Source: Terrimicrobiaceae bacterium (lineage in GTDB: Bacteria; Verrucomicrobiota; Verrucomicrobiia; Chthoniobacterales; Terrimicrobiaceae). Taken from it: a stretch of 21,079 bases of DNA. The notes below the pieces were generated by a model. That model was not told the DNA's origin. It was given only the letters and a program-made list of their open reading frames with translations, and did not search any database. The translations under genes and the position numbers were made by a program. Positions 16,593 to 21,079 of the stretch are shown here, piece after piece. Positions within the stretch are counted from its first letter, which is position 1. The number at the start of each line of letters is the position of its first letter. The stretch is from NCBI GenBank assembly GCA_041752695.1, contig JBGSVZ010000014.1:1-21079 (forward strand), read 5' to 3'.

Positions 16593-16710
16593 CCAATGGA
16601 AATCCTTGCATTTTCCGCTCTGCGTCCGGAAATGAGTAGGGGGTTGAGCCTGCGCAGGGGCGACCGGCGCGCGGGCAATCTCTGTCAGCGTTTTCCCAAT
16701 CCCAATTCCC

Positions 16711-17436
16711 TCAGACGAGAACTCCGCCCCCATCCACATCCAGCGTTACCCCGGTGATGAAACCGTTCGCCATAAGCATGAGCGTGGCCGCAGCAATATC
16801 GTCGGGAGTCCCCACCCGGGCGGCTGGCAGGCGGGCGGCGATGGATTCGTACATGCCTTGCCGAGCTGCCTCAGGCATCGCCTTGTAGGCGTCGGTTCCT
16901 GAGGTCATGCCGGGGGAAATCACATTGACCCGGATCGGGGCAAGATCGCGGGCCAGCGCACGCCCGAGGGCTTCCACGGCAGCGTTGACGGGGCCCAGAA
17001 CGGCATCGTTTTTGCCGGGCCGTCGGCTGAGGATTCCCGAAAAAAGCGTTAGTGATCCGCCTGGCTTGAAGACGGCATGTTTGGCACAGAGATACGGTCC
17101 CCAAAATTTACTTTGCATGGTGTACAACCCATCTTCCAGCGTCGCTTCCTTTAAGCTGCCGGTCCGGACGGAGCTTCCGGGAATGGCCAGATGATCGATC
17201 GGTCCCAGGTTCTCAAAGAAGGCCTGGATGGAATCTTCAGAGGTCGTGTCCACGGGCAAAGCCCGGGCCGAGGGGCCGATTTCTTCCAAGGCGGCGTCGA
17301 GTTTGGCCCGGGTGCGACCGCCGATGACCACTGCGGCTTGTAAAGCGGCCGCTTGCTGGGCAATGGCGAAGCCCATGCCGGTTCCTCCTCCGATGACAAC
17401 CACGGTCTGATGGTGAAAATTTTGGTTCATAATCAT
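16711..17436 (-). CDS. Short-chain dehydrogenase/reductase (atypical SDR lacking YxxxK)
   Basis: Rossmann motif IGGGTGMGFAIA, plus SKFWG, GSLTLFSG, LARDLAPIRVNVISPG and FITGVTLDVDGG. Alternative start at 17430. Confidence 0.92.
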   Translation of the reverse strand: MIMNQNFHHQTVVVIGGGTGMGFAIAQQAAALQAAVVIGGRTRAKLDAALEEIGPSARALPVDTTSEDSIQAFFENLGPIDHLAIPGSSVRTGSLKEATLEDGLYTMQSKFWGPYLCAKHAVFKPGGSLTLFSGILSRRPGKNDAVLGPVNAAVEALGRALARDLAPIRVNVISPGMTSGTDAYKAMPEAARQGMYESIAARLPAARVGTPDDIAAATLMLMANGFITGVTLDVDGGGVLV

Positions 17437-17445
17437 TCGGTGTTG

Positions 17446-17472
17446 AAGTTAGCCCGGCACCACTATTGTCAA
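17446..17472 (-). promoter_or_regulatory. Possible sigma70 promoter of the SDR gene (TTGACA-N15-TAACTT)
   Basis: Perfect TTGACA at 17472-17467 and TAACTT at 17451-17446, 9 nt before ATG 17436. The spacer is shorter than optimal. Confidence 0.3.
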
Positions 17473-17681
17473 GGGCAGGGTTTGTGACATTTTGGTGAGG
17501 GAGAAATTTTTCAGAATCCCTTGCCTGAAATCAACTCCCGGAACAAATCACATGCAACGGAATCCATTTTGGCCGCCTTGCGCGTGGCGAAGGTAAGGTT
17601 TTCATCGAGCCATGCGGGCAGCTTCGACTCGGGGATCCACCGCACCGAGGATGGGAGAAGTCGGGAATTTTGATCGTCCCC

Positions 17682-18086
17682 TCATCGTTTATATTTATCG
17701 GGCAGAAGGTCGATCACCGGTACTTTGACGACGGCTCCCATTCTCAAGAGAATTACGGAAGCCAGCGGCGAGTAGTCGCTGATGAGCTCCCGACACATTC
17801 CGCAAGGGGCGACGATTTTCCCCGATTCCGTTACGGCTACGATTGTGTCAACTTCTGTATCGCCTGCGGTGGCGGCGGCACCGAGTGTTATGGCTTCTCC
17901 GCAGATGGCGATGCGTCCGATGTAGGCTTCCAGATGCACCCCCACAAACACCTGGCCGGAACGCGTGCGCAGTGCACTTCCAATATGGTGGTAGCCTTCC
18001 TTAAAGCGACGGCGGATGATGTCGCGCGCGGCTTCAATCAGTTCGGCGTCCGGTCCGGTCAATGGCTGGTGGGAGATTTCAGACAT
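17682..18086 (-). CDS. Cytidine deaminase family protein, closely resembling blasticidin S deaminase (Bsr-like)
   Basis: Three-Cys zinc motif CGE...PCGMC. Segments HHIGSALRTRSG, VHLEAYIGRIAICGEAI, DTIVAV, PCGMCRELISDY and LLPDKY match my recollection of Bacillus cereus Bsr (HHVGAAIRTKTG, VHIEAYIGRVTVCAEAI, DTIVAV, PCGMCRELISDY, LIPLKY). Confidence 0.9.
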   Translation of the reverse strand: MSEISHQPLTGPDAELIEAARDIIRRRFKEGYHHIGSALRTRSGQVFVGVHLEAYIGRIAICGEAITLGAAATAGDTEVDTIVAVTESGKIVAPCGMCRELISDYSPLASVILLRMGAVVKVPVIDLLPDKYKR

Positions 18087-18104
18087 GGCTCGGAGAGATC
18101 TGAA

Positions 18105-18866
18105 TCAAAGCCGCAGTGCGAGTTCGGCGGCCAGCATCGTGAGTTTTTCGCGCACGGTCCATTGTCCGTGCCAGTCGCGTCCGTCCCATTCGGCGCTGCC
18201 GAGGTCGTCGCCACTGTAGAGAAGTTGACCGAATTTGACGCCCCGAAAGCTTGCCACGGCGCAGAGCGCGGCCGTCTCCATTTCGACGGTCGCGCAGCCT
18301 TCGGCCCGGCGGGCGGCGATGCGGGCCGGGGTCTCGCGATAAAAGCCGTCGGTCGTCCAGGTTTTCACGAGGCGGTAGGCGACGTTGCGTTCACGCAAGC
18401 CCCCCTCGATGGCGGCGACGGCCTCCGGCTGCATCGCGACTTCGCGTGCCGGCGGCAGGTAGTGGTAGGATGTGCCCTCGTCGCGCACCGCGGCGGTGGG
18501 CACAAGCACTCCGCCAACGGAGAACGCGCTGTCGAGCACGCCAGCACCGCCGCAGGCGATGAATTTGCGTGCGCCGAGGGCGATGGTTTCCTCCAAAAAT
18601 CCGGCGGCGAACGGAGCGCCCACGCCGGGGTGACCGAGGGCGACGTCGCCGTGCGGAGTGCGGTAACGGTAAACGGGATGTTTGCCCATCTCGCTGCGCA
18701 GGCTGGTGATTTCGGTGAGGAGGCCTTGCACGCGCAAGTCCTCGATCACGTCGTGGAAAAAGCAAAGCACGCAGCTCTCCGGCAGGTCGGCGTGGGGTTT
18801 GACGAGCTGGCTCGGGTTGAGCAGCGCTTCGCGGCCGGGGTCGAATTCAAGGATGGGGAAGTGCAT
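18105..18866 (-). CDS. Nucleoside phosphorylase (PNP/UDP family 1, uridine phosphorylase-like)
   Basis: Motifs GVGAP, EETIALGARKFIACGGAG, AVRDEGTSYHY, TWTTDGFYRET and VEMETAAL. Alternative TTG start at 18869. Confidence 0.92.
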   Translation of the reverse strand: MHFPILEFDPGREALLNPSQLVKPHADLPESCVLCFFHDVIEDLRVQGLLTEITSLRSEMGKHPVYRYRTPHGDVALGHPGVGAPFAAGFLEETIALGARKFIACGGAGVLDSAFSVGGVLVPTAAVRDEGTSYHYLPPAREVAMQPEAVAAIEGGLRERNVAYRLVKTWTTDGFYRETPARIAARRAEGCATVEMETAALCAVASFRGVKFGQLLYSGDDLGSAEWDGRDWHGQWTVREKLTMLAAELALRL

Positions 18867-18878
18867 CAAAGCAGCAAC

Positions 18879-19688
18879 CTACGACCGCTTGTTCACGGGT
18901 ACGAAGAAGAAATTATTCACATGCAACTCGGGACGGAAGGCGTGGGGCTTCTCCGGGTTCCAGTCGTTTTCCGGCGCCGTGTGGATCGCGTGCTCGAAGC
19001 GGCTGACGTCGTGGATGCGTCCGTCGAAGAAGAACAGTCCGCGATAACCCAGCGCCTCGATGTCCTGCGCCAGTTTCGGCATTTGCTGAGGCCAGATTTC
19101 CACCAGCAAATTGGGGCGGTCGCGCGCGATCAGGCGGCGAGCGCCGCGCAGGACAGGCAGTTCCCAGCCTTCGACATCCATCTTGATGAAGCCGACCGTG
19201 TGGTCGGGCAGCGCTTCCGCGACCACTTCGTCGAGTGGGCGGACCGGCACGGTTTGAACATCAAAGTCGCGGTAACCGAACTCGGTGAGATCATAGAAGG
19301 ACGCCATGCCACTCATGGGGTCGCCGTTGATGCGGGGAATCTTGAGTTGCGCCTCACCGGCGGATTCGCCGAGCGCGCCGCGACGAAACGTGCAATTTGT
19401 GGGCAGCGTATACTCCAAGTAGTCGAACTCGCTCAACGGTTCGACGACGAGCACGCGGGCGCTGGCGGCGGCGAGCTTGAGGGAGAATTGTCCGCCGTTG
19501 GCACCGACGTCGATGGACGCCTTGGCGGGATCGATGAACGCATCAATGTGATCGAACTCGCCGTTGCTGCAGACGCGGGCGTGGAGCTCGATGAGCCCGC
19601 GGTGGGTTTCGTTCGCGATAGCGTAACCGCGGGAGGCGAGGGCGGAAAGATCGGCTTCGATGCGCTGGCGACGGGGTGAGATGGGCAT
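18879..19688 (-). CDS. FkbM family SAM-dependent methyltransferase
   Basis: SAM motif IDVGANGG, plus VVEP, ALG, PLDE, FIKMDVEGWELPVLRGA, PNLLVE, LGY and NNFFF. Confidence 0.92.
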   Translation of the reverse strand: MPISPRRQRIEADLSALASRGYAIANETHRGLIELHARVCSNGEFDHIDAFIDPAKASIDVGANGGQFSLKLAAASARVLVVEPLSEFDYLEYTLPTNCTFRRGALGESAGEAQLKIPRINGDPMSGMASFYDLTEFGYRDFDVQTVPVRPLDEVVAEALPDHTVGFIKMDVEGWELPVLRGARRLIARDRPNLLVEIWPQQMPKLAQDIEALGYRGLFFFDGRIHDVSRFEHAIHTAPENDWNPEKPHAFRPELHVNNFFFVPVNKRS

Positions 19689-19824
19689 GGCGGCGAGATC
19701 GGAAAAGTCACGCGGTTTCCCGCTTCACATCTCGAGAGGGGTGGGTTGAAAACCGTTGCACTACGGAAGGCAATGCCCTTTGGGCGGAGTGCTCGGAATC
19801 TGCCCCAGTAGTTAAAATAGGCAG

Positions 19825-21078
19825 TCAAGGATTCCCCCGCAATGAGCCGGGCAGGGCCAGGATGCGGAGACGCCCGTCCTGGCCTGCAGCCGTTTTCGTG
19901 ATAATACGAATACGGCGCAAACCAGGGTTGGCGTGGTCAAAGGGGTTGCGGGGCTGGGAGAGGGCGTCGATTTTGATCCTGACTGGATCGCTCGATTCGA
20001 TTTGGAGGCCCAGTGTTTCGCCATCCTGCTGCAGGGTCATGCCGCTGGGCCCGACGGTGATTTCCGCATGAGTGAGCCATTGCCATGTGACCTCGACGGA
20101 TTCAGGCCCGGCGGTCCATTTATCTTCAAAAGCGACGGAACGATCCGCGAGCAAGCTGACCTTGCGGGTTACGTTTGTTGCGTGCTCGCGATACAGCGGG
20201 GTCAGATCAAGGCTTGCGTGTGGGCCATGATCATCGTTCTGAAAATTCGTAAAATCCGCTCGGCCCTCCACGGTCTGGCGCATGTTGGCAAAGCGCAGGA
20301 TGTTGTGGGCCTCGGGCCCGAGACGGAAGATGCTCCAACGGACGCCGTTTTGCTTGCCGTCCCAGAGGTTAAGCTGGGCGTTTTCAAGCGTATGGTAATC
20401 CTGCATACCCGAATCAACGGCCCAGCGTACACCGTCGGCTTCGAGGATGAAGCTGCCCGCATCCATGTGGGCATGGGAGGTGGCGGGCGAACCGCCCTTG
20501 ATGGCGAGATAGCTCGCTCGCGGGTCGTCCCAGGCGGAGCGGAAGACGGCGACAGGGTTTTCGCCGTGGCCGAGCCAGGCTCGGGGGAGTGGAGCGGGGA
20601 GTGGAGCGGGGAGTGCTGTGGCGGGAGCGGGCTGGTGCCACCAGAGGGCTAGGGCGTCGTGGCGCTCATAAACGGCTTGGAGTTCGCCTTCCATGGGCTC
20701 GGTTTGGCCGGCGAGGCGGAGGAGTTCGGGGGCGGCGAGGTGGGGTTGGGCGCGTTTTTTGGCGAACCAGTGCAGAACGGGGCGCGGGGGGACGAACTCG
20801 CGGGCATCGGCGTAGTTGAAGTAACGGCCAGAGGGGGCGGTGACCTGCGTAAGATAGTCGGCGCTGGCGAGGAAGCCGGGCGAGGCGGAGAGGCCGTGGT
20901 CGGTGCCGAAACTGTGTTCGAGGAGCGAGATGAGGATGACTTCAAACGTGGTGCCGTAGGCCCAATACATGGGGCCTTCGGGATAGACGCCGTCGGGGGC
21001 GTAGGCGGCGTTGGGGGCGGCTTGTTCGGCGATGGCGCGTTCGAGGGTGCGCGCGGCGAGCGCCGGATCGCGGTCGGC
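19825..21078 (-). CDS. Heparinase II/III family protein (polysaccharide lyase-like), 5' end truncated by window edge
   Basis: The frame stays open upstream of the track's Met to the window end (ADRDPALAARTLERAIAEQAAPNAAYAPDGVYPEGPMYWAYG). Also FNYAD, FRSAW, KGGSP..SHAHMDAGSFILEADGVRWAVD and HN. Confidence 0.88.
   Translation of the reverse strand, partial: ADRDPALAARTLERAIAEQAAPNAAYAPDGVYPEGPMYWAYGTTFEVILISLLEHSFGTDHGLSASPGFLASADYLTQVTAPSGRYFNYADAREFVPPRPVLHWFAKKRAQPHLAAPELLRLAGQTEPMEGELQAVYERHDALALWWHQPAPATALPAPLPAPLPRAWLGHGENPVAVFRSAWDDPRASYLAIKGGSPATSHAHMDAGSFILEADGVRWAVDSGMQDYHTLENAQLNLWDGKQNGVRWSIFRLGPEAHNILRFANMRQTVEGRADFTNFQNDDHGPHASLDLTPLYREHATNVTRKVSLLADRSVAFEDKWTAGPESVEVTWQWLTHAEITVGPSGMTLQQDGETLGLQIESSDPVRIKIDALSQPRNPFDHANPGLRRIRIITKTAAGQDGRLRILALPGSLRGNP
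20584..20615. repeat. Exact 12-bp tandem repeat GGGGAGTGGAGC, about 2.7 copies, in frame
   Basis: Read directly from the sequence. It encodes LPAPLPAPLP in the Pro-rich linker of the heparinase-like protein. Confidence 0.85.
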
Positions 21079-21079
21079 G

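Noticed and set aside
17480..17681. Possible ncRNA, riboswitch or divergent regulator remnant in the SDR-deaminase gap
   Set aside because: Only a 14-codon plus-strand ORF and weak partial dyads are present, with no recognisable RNA family motif or terminator.
17670..19679. 669-aa plus-strand ORF
   Set aside because: It is the in-register antisense shadow of three well-supported minus-strand genes that share a frame. It has no recognisable motifs.
1..21079. CRISPR array, tRNA/rRNA, transposase/integrase, recognisable anti-phage defence genes
   Set aside because: No repeat-spacer periodicity, cloverleaf or recombinase motifs were seen. The deaminase and phosphorylase look like small stand-alone metabolic types, without the sensor or kinase domains of known defence systems.

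Overview
GC-rich bacterial DNA, very probably from Verrucomicrobiota (inferred from an Opitutaceae-style LacI regulator, a PEP-CTERM protein and a verrucomicrobial-type C-terminal domain). All 14 credible genes are on the minus strand. Most of the window is a polysaccharide-degradation locus with no SusC/SusD pair or other transporter in view. In transcription order (right to left) it holds: a heparinase II/III-like lyase (cut by the right edge); a non-CAZyme trio of FkbM methyltransferase, nucleoside phosphorylase and Bsr-like cytidine/blasticidin S deaminase; an atypical SDR; a ~1,350-aa secreted multidomain CE2-like esterase with a duplicated N-terminal domain; a GH50-like hydrolase; a LacI regulator; a PEP-CTERM protein; a polysaccharide pyruvyltransferase-family protein; a GATase-like/GH63-like fusion; a GH28/GH49-like beta-helix enzyme; a secreted alginate-lyase-family protein; and a GH36-like hydrolase (cut by the left edge and missing from the ORF track). 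Several enzymes have non-canonical residues in active-site motifs. The two best candidate novel systems are (1) a locus for stripping and depolymerising an acetylated, pyruvylated, uronic-acid glycan, possibly using a pyruvyltransferase homologue as a de-pyruvylase, and (2) a methyltransferase-phosphorylase-deaminase cassette for nucleoside-analogue detoxification or salvage. All family calls are by motif recognition; no searches were run. I saw no RNA genes, CRISPR arrays or mobile elements.
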